Shown here: one piece after another, positions 37,675 to 49,643 of the stretch | Layout of the letters: each line of letters begins with the position of its first letter | Position numbering within the stretch: position 1 is the stretch's first letter | Assembly: GCF_001194135.2 (NCBI RefSeq) | Contig: NC_068982.1 | Span: forward strand, 125,353,940-125,417,939 | From: Octopus bimaculoides | Lineage: Eukaryota | DNA: 64,000 nucleotides | Direction of reading: 5' to 3' | Program-made: the position numbers and the translations under genes | The notes under the pieces: generated by a model | What the model was told of the DNA's origin: nothing | Database searches by the model: none | Seen by the model: the letters and a program-made list of their open reading frames with translations, nothing else

Positions 37675-38435
37675 GGATCTTTTTGGTTTGACGGGCAACA
37701 CTTGTTTTCTTAACGAAACACTTTCAAACTTGGGATACTGGTAGAATGTGTCATATAAAACATCTTTTTCTCTTAGCCTTCTTAACAAAAATTAGTTCTT
37801 AATAAGTTATTTCATCTTAAAGTTGTCGTATTTCCGTAATTTCAACCAATCACTGACGTCTATTCAGCTGAATACAGTTACTGCTCTTTTTATAAACAAT
37901 TTTTACCGGTGTCAAGAGTGTTATTCCCTGTTTAATTATATCATTATTCCTTAGTAAGGGTTTAGGGTTTTAGGGTTAGGGTTGGGGTTAGGGTTAGGGT
38001 TATGGTTATGAGTTTTAGGGTTAGGGTTAGGGTTATGAGTGAGGTTATGGCAAAAATAATCATAACCCTAACCGTAATCNNNNNNNNNNNNNNNNNNNNN
38101 NNNNNNNNNNNNNNNNNNNNNNNNNNNNNNNNNNNNNNNNNNNNNNNNNNNNTGTTGTTGACAAACAACGGCACTAATTTTATTCAAGGGAAAAGATCCC
38201 ATGACACCGTTGTTTACATTTCCACGGCATTAATTGTTTTCACCTCAATAGACGTCAGTGATTCGTTGAAATTACCGAAATACGAACTTTTTACATGAAA
38301 TAATTTCGAATACAAAATCTTTTATCTGTTCTATAATACAAAATATACAAGTATACGAAGTTTGAAAGTGTTTCGGTACCAAAAACACTACATAAAACAT
38401 TAATGAAAAATGTTGCCCGTCAAACCAAAAAGATC
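37675..38435. mobile_element. Long-TIR MITE with 8-bp TSD (Merlin-like) containing TTAGGG repeats
   Basis: Termini GGATCTTTTTGGTTTGACGGGCAACA / TGTTGCCCGTCAAACCAAAAGATCC. TSD CAGGCTTC (37667-37674) / TAGGCTTC (38436-38443). Further inverted blocks extend about 190 bp inward. Confidence 0.85.
37955..38079. repeat. Interstitial telomere-type repeat (TTAGGG and variants, short CCCTAA-oriented stretch)
   Basis: Eight perfect TTAGGG units plus TTGGGG, TTATGG and TTATGAG variants, then CATAACCCTAACCGTAATC before the gap. Confidence 0.9.
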
Positions 38436-39577
38436 CTAGGCTTCTTCACAAATTCAATCACCCAATTTAAATCACAAAACCAAGCTTGACCTGAGATATT
38501 ATGATGAACAAGAAGCAAGAACTCTTTCACATCTCGAAAGAAGTGGATTAGGAACAGATGATCCATATCGACTGCTGATCCGTGTTCGTACGTCACGCAC
38601 CAGTTGTCCTGAAACATCTTTGGTCTTGTCTCCGTTAAGTTGTCTATGTATGAATTCACCCGTTTCTTGTCTCTTAGATAGAAAAATTTCTAACAGAATG
38701 CTTTATTCCAGAATAAGTCAACAGAGGCTTCGTCCGACACTCATTTTATGATCGTAGGAGTTCTCTGTTTGGGTATGCCACCCATAATCGTCCGGTTAAA
38801 CAGTAATGGTCTTGCATATGTTCTTAAATACACGCACACCCATACGAAGGTGACAATTCAGGTCATTTCGCCTTAACTGTCTACAATATGCGTCATGAAG
38901 AAACATCGTCAAATGAGGACTTGTCAATCTAATTTTCTTCGACCCCACCCTGTGAATCATCGAAGTAGTTATGCGGTCGCTCATTCTGCTAGATATAGGA
39001 GTAACATCTCCTTTCTCAGTTTACTCACGAGATCATTAAAGAGCGTGGCGGGGAATGGAGAGAGAACGATTATTTATATTTGAAAAGTTTTCTCCGATAG
39101 TTTTTTAGTTGCAGTCTTCGATCAAATCCTCAAAATGAACCTTACGTAACACATCTGCTTCTATACTTAGCAGAGACAAGGCATCCTGGATACTATTTTA
39201 GCAAATTTAAAGCGAATTCTTTTGTACTGTAAACCGTTTACTTCCCTTGACGCCCTAAGTACTTGCTTAATGGTTAATCCAGCCTTGGGTATTTAGCTGC
39301 TATCTCTAGCCAATCGAACTACTGCTTAGAGGATCTGTCCTTGGCTCCTGGCTTGGGAAAATGATGTGGGAGTGCTAGAGAAGTTACTAGTACACAGGGT
39401 TAAAAGATAAGCAGATTGGGTAATAGAGAGATTGTATGATTGAACGGCGTCGGGAAGTAACAAGATATAATGACAATGAGATAACTTTGGGAATATTTAA
39501 TTATGCGACGACTATGCAAACTCGATAAATGAACGTATTTAATAACTTTGTGATAACATCAGATTGACAGCAATTTG

Positions 39578-39613
<36 letters not shown>

Positions 39614-39956
39614 NNNNNNNNNNNNNNNNNNNNNNNNNNNNNNNNNNNNNNNNNNNNNNNNNNNNNNNNNNNNNNNNNNNNNNNNNNNNNNNNNNNNNNN
39701 NNNNNNNNNNNNNNNNNNNNNNNNNNNNNNNNNNNNNNNNNNNNNNNNNNNNNNNNNNNNNNNNNNNNNNNNNNNNNNNNNNNNNNNNNNNNNNNNNNNN
39801 NNNNNNNNNNNNNNNNNNNNNNNNNNNNNNNNNNNNNNNNNNNNNNNNNNNNNNNNNNNNNNNNNNNNNNNNNNNNNNNNNNNNNNNNNNNNNNNNNNNN
39901 NNNNNNNNNNNNNNNNNNNNNNNNNNNNNNNNNNNNNNNNNNNNNNNNNNNNNNNN

Positions 39957-40014
<58 letters not shown>

Positions 40015-40049
40015 CACAAAAGTGACAGAGGGTACTGAGTAGCACCGCT

Positions 40050-40109
40050 TTTTATTATTATAATTAAGGCGCACCAGTGTGCCCCAGAAGCACCTTTTGA
40101 GAACCACTG
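40050..40109 (-). mobile_element. hAT (Charlie-type) MITE end
   Basis: rc CAGTGGTTCTCAAA terminus next to TTCTAGAG, a typical Charlie-type target sequence. Confidence 0.6.
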
Positions 40110-40119
40110 TTCTAGAGAA

Positions 40120-40845
40120 TGTTTAAGAAAACATAAGAAAATTATGAGTTTGTTTTAAAATTTGAGATTACATAGACAGTATTTTACGTAGGATGTGAGC
40201 ACTATCTTTAGAATTTCTGCAGTTTTGGGGGCTCCTGGTATCTGAGCTAGGTAGGAATCAACCTCTTTTGCTATCATTCCTAGGGCACCTATGACAACAG
40301 GTATTGTTTTAGTCTTGAGAGTACACATTTTGCCAATTTCTATTTCAAGCTCTTTATACTTGCTCAGTTTTTGGTAGGTCTTGACAGATACATTTATATC
40401 GATTGGGACAGTCATATCAATGAGGAGGCATGATTTTTGTTTGAAGTCTTTCAATATAATGTTTGGCTTATTCGCATCTATCTTTCTGTCAGTTTGAATG
40501 GTGAAGTTCCAGAAGAGTGAGATGTGATCATTTTCAAGCACTGGAAGTGGTTTGTGTTCCCACCAGTTTTTATCATGGAGCAGGTCCAGACTTTTGCAAA
40601 TTACCCAGTGAATATACTGTGCTGCTCTGTCATGCCTGTTGAGATACTCTGTAGGCGCAAGAAGACTGCACATGGAGACAACATGATCAATGGTTTCATT
40701 TTGTTGTTGACATACACATGTTGAGCAGCTGCTGTTCTTTAATATGTTGGCCTGGTAATTTCTTGTAGGTAGACATTGATCTTGGGCTGCTATGACAAAC
40801 CCTTCTGTTTCTGATTTTAAGCCAGAAGCCACTAACCATTGATGG

Positions 40846-40848
<3 letters not shown>
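40120..40848 (-). mobile_element. R4/Dong-clade non-LTR retrotransposon, 3' fragment (zinc knuckle and restriction-like endonuclease)
   Basis: LKSETEGFVIAAQDQCLPTRNY, C..C...NETIDHVVSMC, YLNRHDR, KPNIILKDFKQKSCLLIDMTVP (PD motif mutated to PN), KLSKYKEL, IPVVIGALG. Confidence 0.9.
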
Positions 40849-40904
<56 letters not shown>

Positions 40905-40920
40905 CATTATTATTATTATA
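40849..40920. repeat. (TTA)n/(TAA)n microsatellite between two R4/Dong fragments
   Basis: Direct reading. Confidence 0.95.
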
Positions 40921-41205
40921 TGAAAACTCACGCCTTATTTTGCTAGGTATGATGGAAAATGTCAGCTGTCCACAGCCAGCAGACTAAGGGGACACTTATT
41001 AACTGGTCATGCTTCAAAAACCCTGCGAAGAATTCTTGTAGTTCCAAGCAATGCTAATTTTTGTGGGTGTTCTGCCTTCAGACTTGCACCGATCTTATTC
41101 AACCATGTTGGTAGTTGAGTGCTGATACTTCCAAGTGCACCAATTACTATTGGTATCACATCTACTCTATTCGTGACCACAACCTTCGTATTTCCCCACT
41201 TCAAA
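40921..41205 (-). mobile_element. Second R4/Dong-clade 3' end with 3' UTR
   Basis: VDVIPIVIGALGSISTQLPTWLNKIG...QKLALLGTTRILRRVFEA*, followed by about 85 nt of UTR running into (TAA)n. Confidence 0.85.
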
Positions 41206-41239
41206 TCGTCATAGTTGTTTATTATATATAAAGTAAGTC

Positions 41240-41382
41240 CCCCAGGACTTACTTTATATATTTTTTTAATGCCTAGTACTTCTTCCATCAGGGCTCTGTG
41301 CCGAACCGCCAAGTTACAAGGTCGTAAACATATCAACACCAGCTGTCAAGCGGTGATAGGGAACAAACACAGACACAAAGAT

Positions 41383-41390
<8 letters not shown>
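41240..41390 (-). mobile_element. SINE family B, internal/3' fragment
   Basis: GCCGAACCGCCAAGTTACAAGGTCGTAAACATATCAACACCAGCTGTCAAGCGGTG. Confidence 0.75.
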
Positions 41391-41435
<45 letters not shown>

Positions 41436-41861
41436 NNNNNNNNNNNNNNNNNNNNNNNNNNNNNNNNNNNNNNNNNNNNNNNNNNNNNNNNNNNNNNNNN
41501 NNNNNNNNNNNNNNNNNNNNNNNNNNNNNNNNNNNNNNNNNNNNNNNNNNNNNNNNNNNNNNNNNNNNNNNNNNNNNNNNNNNNNNNNNNNNNNNNNNNN
41601 NNNNNNNNNNNNNNNNNNNNNNNNNNNNNNNNNNNNNNNNNNNNNNNNNNNNNNNNNNNNNNNNNNNNNNNNNNNNNNNNNNNNNNNNNNNNNNNNNNNN
41701 NNNNNNNNNNNNNNNNNNNNNNNNNNNNNNNNNNNNNNNNNNNNNNNNNNNNNNNNNNNNNNNNNNNNNNNNNNNNNNNNNNNNNNNNNNNNNNNNNNNN
41801 NNNNNNNNNNNNNNNNNNNNNNNNNNNNNNNNNNNNNNNNNNNNNNNNNNNNNNNNNNNNN

Positions 41862-41915
<54 letters not shown>

Positions 41916-42299
41916 TTGTATGTTGTGTGTAGCAGTTGATGTATGCTTTTTCACGTGGTGTGTGCACATGTGTATGTGCGTGTGTGTATCTCTGTGACTA
42001 AATAGTTTGTATGTGTGTAGCGTATGTTTGTAGGCGAAAGTTATCTTTGTCTATGCGTGTTGCGTGTGTTTATGCGTGTGTATATATCGTCTGTGTTCAG
42101 GTATTATGTGCTTGTGCGGGTGTGGGAATGTGCATGATGGGATGTGGTGTGTGTTACTGGGGCGTAAACAGTGTGTGTGGCTGCTCGTATGTATGGTAAC
42201 GTTATTGAAGATTATGTGTGGGTGTGTGGATAATGGTGTGTGGGGTGGGTGCTGAGAAGTGGTCAGTGGTTTGGGTGTCGAGAAGTGGTCAGTGCTAGT

Positions 42300-42868
42300 G
42301 TGTGTGGAGTGGGAAGGTGTTGTGGATGTGTGTTATGTTGTGTGAAGTTAGTGATGAGTTGAATAGTGTGTGTGGTGCGCGTATAGTGGTACGTGTGTGG
42401 TGAGAGTACTGAGGTGGGCGGTATGTAGGTGGAGGGAAGCAATTGAATGTGGGAGGCGAGTGGGAATCAGTGTATGGTTAGTGACAGATGAAGATAGGAG
42501 ATGAGTTGAGCCCAGTGGCGCAAAGTAACGAAGAGAGAAGATTAATTCCTGTTGACGGCGAAGGCAGGAGTCCGAACACAGACAGATGTTGTAGTGAATG
42601 ACTGGTAGAGCGGAAGTGGCGCGAGACCGGGGTGTCATTGCCGAGTCTGATGTCTCGAAAGTGCTCCGGAAACTGGTCAGCCAAGCGACATCCGTTTAAC
42701 CAATGTACAGGGAAGGACAGAGAATTTTGGAAAGGAAGTAAATAGTGTGGGGTGCGTAAGGTACGGACAATGAGATTGGAGCCAGTGGGAGGGAGACGGG
42801 AAGAAGAAACGAAGTCATTAATAGTGGAAGACTCAGTCTGTTGGTAGTTAGGCATGGTGTTGGAGGGC
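42300..42868 (-). mobile_element. Penelope-like element, internally deleted (pre-RT region fused to GIY-YIG endonuclease)
   Basis: SSRLPPTGSNLIVRTLRTPHYLLP resembles the region before the PLE YxLPKxHK motif. It joins directly to LCPSLYIG*T / RLADQFPEHFRDIRLGNDTPVSRHF and ELIFSLRYFAPLG. Confidence 0.85.
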
Positions 42869-43371
42869 NNNNNNNNNNNNNNNNNNNNNNNNNNNNNNNN
42901 NNNNNNNNNNNNNNNNNNNNNNNNNNNNNNNNNNNNNNNNNNNNNNNNNNNNNNNNNNNNNNNNNNNNNNNNNNNNNNNNNNNNNNNNNNNNNNNNNNNN
43001 NNNNNNNNNNNNNNNNNNNNNNNNNNNNNNNNNNNNNNNNNNNNNNNNNNNNNNNNNNNNNNNNNNNNNNNNNNNNNNNNNNNNNNNNNNNNNNNNNNNN
43101 NNNNNNNNNNNNNNNNNNNNNNNNNNNNNNNNNNNNNNNNNNNNNNNNNNNNNNNNNNNNNNNNNNNNNNNNNNNNNNNNNNNNNNNNNNNNNNNNNNNN
43201 NNNNNNNNNNNNNNNNNNNNNNNNNNNNNNNNNNNNNNNNNNNNNNNNNNNNNNNNNNNNNNNNNNNNNNNNNNNNNNNNNNNNNNNNNNNNNNNNNNNN
43301 NNNNNNNNNNNNNNNNNNNNNNNNNNNNNNNNNNNNNNNNNNNNNNNNNNNNNNNNNNNNNNNNNNNNNNN

Positions 43372-43404
<33 letters not shown>

Positions 43405-43408
<4 letters not shown>

Positions 43409-43945
43409 AGCTTCTTTCAGTTTCTGTCAACCAAATCTACTCACATGGCTTTGGTCGGTTATAGTAGAAGATTTGGTCGGCTTGGAGGCTATAGTAGAAG
43501 ACACTTGCCCAAGGTACCATGCACTGGGACTGAACCCGGAATCCTAATGTGGGGAAGCAAGCATCTTGCCACACAGCCGCGCCCACACCTATCTGGGATT
43601 CTTTAAGGTGTGGTAGGTGATAGATGTTATAAGTCGAATAAAATATCCTGATCTAGCACCTTTGGCGAGGTAGGGGAAAGGAGCTTGCCGGAGTCCTATC
43701 TGTAGCAAGCTTTCGAGTCATGTCTTCTGGTTGAGGATACTTTCCTCCCTCCTTGCTACTCACCAGTTTCGGAGTTCCTCTAAGGTGCCATGGGGACTGC
43801 CTTCCTTCATAACAATAGTAATCCTTTCTACTATAGGCACAAGGCCCGGATTTTGTGGGGAGGAGGACAGTCGATTGCATCGAATCCAGTACTCAGCTGG
43901 TACTTCATATATCAACCCCGAAAAGATGAAAAGCAAAGTCGACCT
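43405..43945 (-). mobile_element. SINE family B 5' half (43405-43590) and SINE family A 3' half (43815-43945)
   Basis: Family-diagnostic blocks. The family B copy has a small internal duplication (GCTATAGTAGAAGA-like motif twice). Confidence 0.8.
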
Positions 43946-44009
43946 CTGCACAGAGTGCAAGATGCATTCCTTCTGGGCACGGTCATATACATACACATAT
44001 ATATATATA

Positions 44010-44087
<78 letters not shown>

Positions 44088-45439
44088 AAGGAATGCATCT
44101 TACACTCTGTGGGGTTTTTTTTTCTCGGTGGGTGCGTTTTAATTTGTGGCCGTTGGAGCGTAACTTTCTTATGTCTGCTGATCATTGCTCTTGTTATCAA
44201 TGCTGCTAGTGTCTTTGGGCATTATTTTACTCTGTGATTTGTTTGATTATAAATGCTTCCCGCCAATTTTCTCGTTTTTAGTTTTTTTTTGTTGCTATTT
44301 TCTTTTGTTTATCCTGTATTCTCAGTTATTTAATCCTTTTTCTTCTTTTATCTTATGTCGACTTTTATTTCTTTTGATTGTTAAGTTTGAGGCTGTCCCA
44401 GGTTGTTTTCAGCTTAGCTATTTCAGTTATGTGGGTAGGTTTTTTTTTTTTTTCTATGTTGCTCTGCATGATATGTTACTGAATACGCCTGCAGTTATTT
44501 TCACTAAAATGAAATATGAAGTTGAAGCTTTGCTTAAGTTCAATGATACTTCATTATATGTGTTTTACACTTCAGATTAGAAACAGTGTATTGAAAATCG
44601 AATATCGCTTATGTTTAGCAGTGTCTTAAAGAAGTTATTTACCCAAATTCTTTTAATATATTGATTATAACCTTCTCACTGATGTTTTCTCTAATATTTG
44701 AAAGGAATGAGTTGAACATTACGGTTGCTTTGGTAAAAGATGACCGCATTTTTTTGATTTACGCAGAGTCAGGAAACGATTAGCTTCTGAAGGCTTGATA
44801 GCATGTACCATATTTTCACTATTTGTTTTAAGGCGCTAATGTTTTAGTGAATAGACGCCATCTGCTCCTTCATCCTTCATCCACAGAAGCATCCAGAATA
44901 TGACGGCTGAGCGGAGGTGAAGACTGCACTAGCAGTCGATTGGTGTTCTTTACGGCTGAGTAGGCTAAAGCAATGGGAAATAAAGTGCCTTGCTCAAAGT
45001 TACGAATCTAGGAATTGAACCCAAACACCTACTAAGTAACGTGCCTTCACTTGTATTCAACGTAGTCTAATTTCATTTTCTTTAAAAATTATTCTTTTGG
45101 TCGCAGTCCAATGATTGAAACAAGTAAAAGATTAGCCATACAATGCTGCGGTGCCATAAAACATGTTGACCGTTTGTAAGCCATTCATCAATTAAAAAAG
45201 AAAAACCTGACAATGCTTCAAAGCTACTTAACAGAATGACGTGAGTAACTGTCTCACTTTATTTCCTTAATCCCATCAATTAAAGACGAATACACTGAAA
45301 CAATAACTTGAGTACTCAGACATAGAATATTATTTCCTTTATTAGCATTCAGGTTTCTTATTTCACTTGTCATCTATTGCCTTATCAGTTCTTTCTGACA
45401 GTTTATTAAATTTTACAGTTCATTTATTAGAATGTCCTA

Positions 45440-45710
45440 TTTACGAATATAAAGTAGATGTGTATAACAAAGTCTTCACAGTGCATTCTGCATTTTAGTG
45501 GAACATCACTAAAGCAAGTGGAGAAATTTAAGTATCTCGAGGCCGTATTTACGAGTGGTGGAAAATAGGAGGTTGAATTGGATGCCAGAACTGCAGGTAC
45601 CGCCAAAATAATGCGTCGGTTTTAGTATTTGATCCTCAGAAGAGGAGAGGTTGGTAAAAAATTAGGTCAAACTCGTTATCTTCAATTCGGTTATCGTGCC
45701 TATCGCGAAT
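45440..45710 (+). mobile_element. RTE-clade LINE fragment (post-RT region)
   Basis: SLKQVEKFKYLEAVFTSGGK*EVELDAR ... KLVIFNSVIVP resembles RTE LKQVEKFKYLG.VFTSDG...EIDARI. Confidence 0.75.
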
Positions 45711-45878
45711 ACAATTTGTTAGATGTCCAGTATCTGTGAAGATAAAATAATTTCAGTTTTATACTTTACGTTCAATCTTTGTTTTGTTAATCAAAGTTAA
45801 TATATCAACACACAAAACGAGGGAGCTTCTACTAGACGGACCTGACGTTTTAAAGAAGAATAAGTAGCATCAAATAAT

Positions 45879-46655
45879 ATATCGAGGTACATTCAAGAAG
45901 TTTTGAGACTTTTTTTAAGAGAGGCAGTTATAACTGTCGTAGATTATTGTAATTTTAGTATATCATTATCATACATCTAATAAGCTGACTTGCCAAATGT
46001 TATTTCAGATAGAAAGTGACTGCTGTAACAACACTTCGAATACACCCAACTAAACAATGTTTCTCACAGTTAACTAGTTTGTAGAATGCAACCGGAGCAT
46101 GAAGATAATTCGGAAGCTCGCTATGCAATAAAGTTTTGCGTTAAACTGGGCAAAAATGTAACAGAAACTTATGAAATGCTCCAGACTGTTTATGGATTAA
46201 CTTGTATAAGCTGAGTATTTGTTTTTCGCTAGCACAAGAGGCTAGGTAAAGCAAGTCCACCGGAAAGCTCAAGATGATTCATCTTTCCGTCAGCAAGGGC
46301 CTCATCTACATCCACTGGGTTCCCTCTGATCAGTCAGTCAACAAAGAATACTTTGTCGTGATTTTCAGGGAGTTCAGGAAGAGATTTCGTTGTAAAAGGC
46401 CAGAGCACCTGCACCAAGACAATGCACCAGTCCACAATTCCATCTTAGTAATCAATTATTTGACAGAGATGGGCATCAAAATCTGCCCTTCACCCTCCCT
46501 GCAGTCCAGACCTTGTTCTCTGTGATTTTTGGTTGTTTTCCAAGCTGAAAGAGATGAAGGACGCTCTGACAAGGGTCTTGGTTACCTTCACTTTGAAGGA
46601 GTTCCATGGAGCCTTCACGAAATAACTGGAGCGCTACAACAAGTACACTGAAGTC
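45879..46655 (+). mobile_element. Mariner transposon relic, internally deleted
   Basis: TIR-like CGAGGTACATTCAAGAAGTTTTGAGAC. EARYAIKFCVKLGKNVTETYEMLQTVYG, then HWVPSDQSVNKEYF, LHQDNAPVHNS and a frameshifted PYSPDL-type region. Confidence 0.85.
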
Positions 46656-46659
46656 AATG

Positions 46660-46900
46660 ACCACCGGGCCTTCAAGCCTGAATAGGCTTATACAGCAGAC
46701 CCAAAAGTGCCGTTTCCATAAAAGCATCGCCTGGGGTGGATCTCCCTCTACCCCACTCCCTAGCTCCTCTATTGAACTTCGGTCCTCTGAAATTCGCTTC
46801 CTGTTCATATCTTTCTTATAGGTGTTGATATACCATAATGCCTTTGCTTCTCGGAAGCTAGATGGACCCCACTCATCTTTCCTCCTTTCATCATCCTTGT
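46660..46900 (+). mobile_element. CR1-like LINE 3' end fragment
   Basis: TSVL*NSLPVHIF resembles the CR1 ORF2 terminal motif TSxLWNSLPxxVF. Confidence 0.5.
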
Positions 46901-48309
46901 TACGTCCAACCCCATCAGAACCACATTTATCAATACGTTGGTCCTCAGCAATCTCCCCACCAATCCATACCTTTTTCACAAACGCTGGCTTGCAAAGGTG
47001 CAGGAGAAATGTTACATCGTATCAATCTCACTGCCTCTTCCTCCAGACACAACAAGTAAATACAAATAGCATATGTCAAGGAGCATGTAACTAGTTACGC
47101 TCCAATAGGAACTTTATTTCAGACATTCCATCATTCTCAGAATATCTATGTTGACACAGAGATATTCAAATAGAGATATTTTAGATCTCCTAGCACTACT
47201 CCGTAGATAGACATAACTAGTAGGGCACGGCATAATTTCACTGGAAGTTATACTCTGTTAAAAGACTGTACAATTTAAGTTGTCTGAAGTTTCTTCACTG
47301 GAATGAATCAAATGCCAAATTCTTATACGTATTACCGAAGAAAAATATAGGTCATGGAACTTGATGCAAATAATTTTCAGCATCCTGTAGTGTAGAAAGT
47401 AGGTCAATTTAAGTCGTTCCATGCATCCTTTAAAGAAATAAATAGATAAAAAGGGCGAACAAAAAGAAAATGAAAGAAAGAAATTGTCCACTTTCAAAAT
47501 AATAGCAACCGTAAAAGTGTATAACTGTAATATGCAAACCAATTATAAAGAAGTGCGTTTAAATTTAGATGAATGTGGGCGCGCTTTTAAGTATGTCTGT
47601 GTTTAGATTAGTAGTTGTTTTTATATTAATGTGGATATATGTAGGTAGGGAAAGAGTGACAAGAAAGTATAGAGAGAAAGCGCTTGGTTTTAACTATGCG
47701 AGAATTAAGGTCATTGTTGCCGAAGCCGACCACCACCTATTTCACTGAAGTTATTTAAAATGAAATACATTGATTGAAAAAGGAAATAAAATACGTAATA
47801 AAAACATCTTTGAAAACAGAAATTTAGTACTGAATCTTGAGAAGAAAAATAACAGAGTAGAAACAGAAAAATGAGAGCTAATCGGAAACATTCTCAGTGA
47901 CAGAGTGTAAACATTCTTAGAAAGACTAGATCTATATTTGATAGGTGCAAGTCTATGTACAGTCTAGCTTTCTTATTATTTATTTAGCTTTTAAATTATT
48001 TCTGCCTCTACATGTCTCTTTTTCATCACTTTATATGTATGTAGGTATGTATGTATGTATGGTGTATTTTTGTACGTATATATGTATGTATGCATGTATG
48101 TATGTATGTATGTAGGTAGGTAGGTAGGTAGGTAGGTAGGTAGGTATGTTCTCTTTCTCTTTTTAATTTAGAGTAAACTTTGACCGGTCACCAACTTAGT
48201 AGCAAGGCTGTGAAGGAAAGCATCTGATATTGTTCACCATCCCTTAAATCCTAAAAAGGTCTTGCAGATTTTTAATCTTATGTATGTATGTATGTATGTA
48301 TGTATGTGT

Positions 48310-48540
48310 GTGCGCTGATATGGATATGTTGGTAAAAAAACTCGCTTTGCAGCCAGTTGGTTTCGGGTTCAGCTTCACTACGCGGCATCTTGGGCAAGTG
48401 TCTTCTATGGCCCCGGACCGAGAAAAGCCTTATGAATGAATTTTTTTTTAAGATGGAAGCTGTGAGGAAGTTTGTCGTATGTGTGCGTTTGTGTTTGTCC
48501 CCACCACCATCGCTTGACAACCATTGCTGGTTTGTGAGGA
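48310..48540 (+). mobile_element. SINE family B
   Basis: GGTTCAGCTTCACTACGCGGCATCTTGGGCAAGTGTCTTCTATGG. Confidence 0.8.
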
Positions 48541-48880
48541 TGGTGGTGGTGATGGAAGTTGTCGTCGTAGTGGTGGTGATGGTGGTGGTGGTGTGGTAGT
48601 AGTGTGGTGTGGCTAATGATGGTGGAGTGGTGTTTGAAATTCTAAAAGAATCTGGACACATGTCAGCAAGTTGAAACTATTTCACTTTCAGTTTCCATTT
48701 AAAATAACACGGTGGAAAATGTGAACTTTCTCTGTGATGTATAAGTTGCAAACATAGTTTAAAAAGAAAAGAAGAATAATTTCAATACGCCTAGAGTCTG
48801 CAATGAAAATTTCGAAGACACGAACCTCTGATGCATATCAGGTGACAAGCGATGATTTACGCTGTCCACACCATCTAAAG

Positions 48881-49155
48881 CAGTGGTTCCCTAAGTGGGC
48901 GGTATTGCTCCCCTTGGGGCGGTGCAAAGTTCCAAGGAGGCGTTGAAGAAAAGTGGGGTGATTATGGAATAGCGATTCATGTAAAAACAACAAAACAATG
49001 GGTTCGTTAGGTTAAGTTTTATTTGCGAAATACAGTTGCTTCGAATTTGTTTCAGAAAGAGGTTTATGTTTGTGATAGTTATTTGGGGTGAGGACGCTAG
49101 GTATGTGGTTTGGGTGTCAAAGGGGCGGAAGCCCGAAAAAGTTTGGGAACCACAG
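48881..49155. mobile_element. hAT (Charlie-type) MITE, 275 bp
   Basis: TIRs CAGTGGTTCCC / GGGAACCACAG (1 mismatch). Perfect 8-bp TSD ATCTAAAG at 48873-48880 and 49156-49163. Confidence 0.92.
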
Positions 49156-49550
49156 ATCTAAAGTTACAATATTACTTTCCATTATGCTGGCGTCTACGGT
49201 CGACTAACTGAACAAACCAACGCTTCACAATTAGGTAGTCTCTGTTCTGATTACCAACTGTTCACTTCTCTCTTGTAAGCTTGTCATGGGCGAGTTGCTT
49301 TGGTATGGATATTTATTCATACAGACGACATGAAAGGTCCTGTAAACTTGGTTACCTTACAACGTGTATGTATTTATTAGACTTTCACTCGTCGATGCAT
49401 TTCTATGTCTACGCGACGTCGATTAATAAAAAGACTTTTCATTATAGATTTGTCTGTGTGGTTTTATCCGTCTGAAATTTCTAGCAAATCAACCCCTGTG
49501 CTCATTCCTTAATCAAAGGGCCCCATACATCTATAGATACAAACGCACGT

Positions 49551-49643
<93 letters not shown>

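Noticed and set aside
37955-38079. Chromosome end or telomere fusion site
   Set aside because: The tract is short, degenerate and enclosed by TIRs with a TSD.
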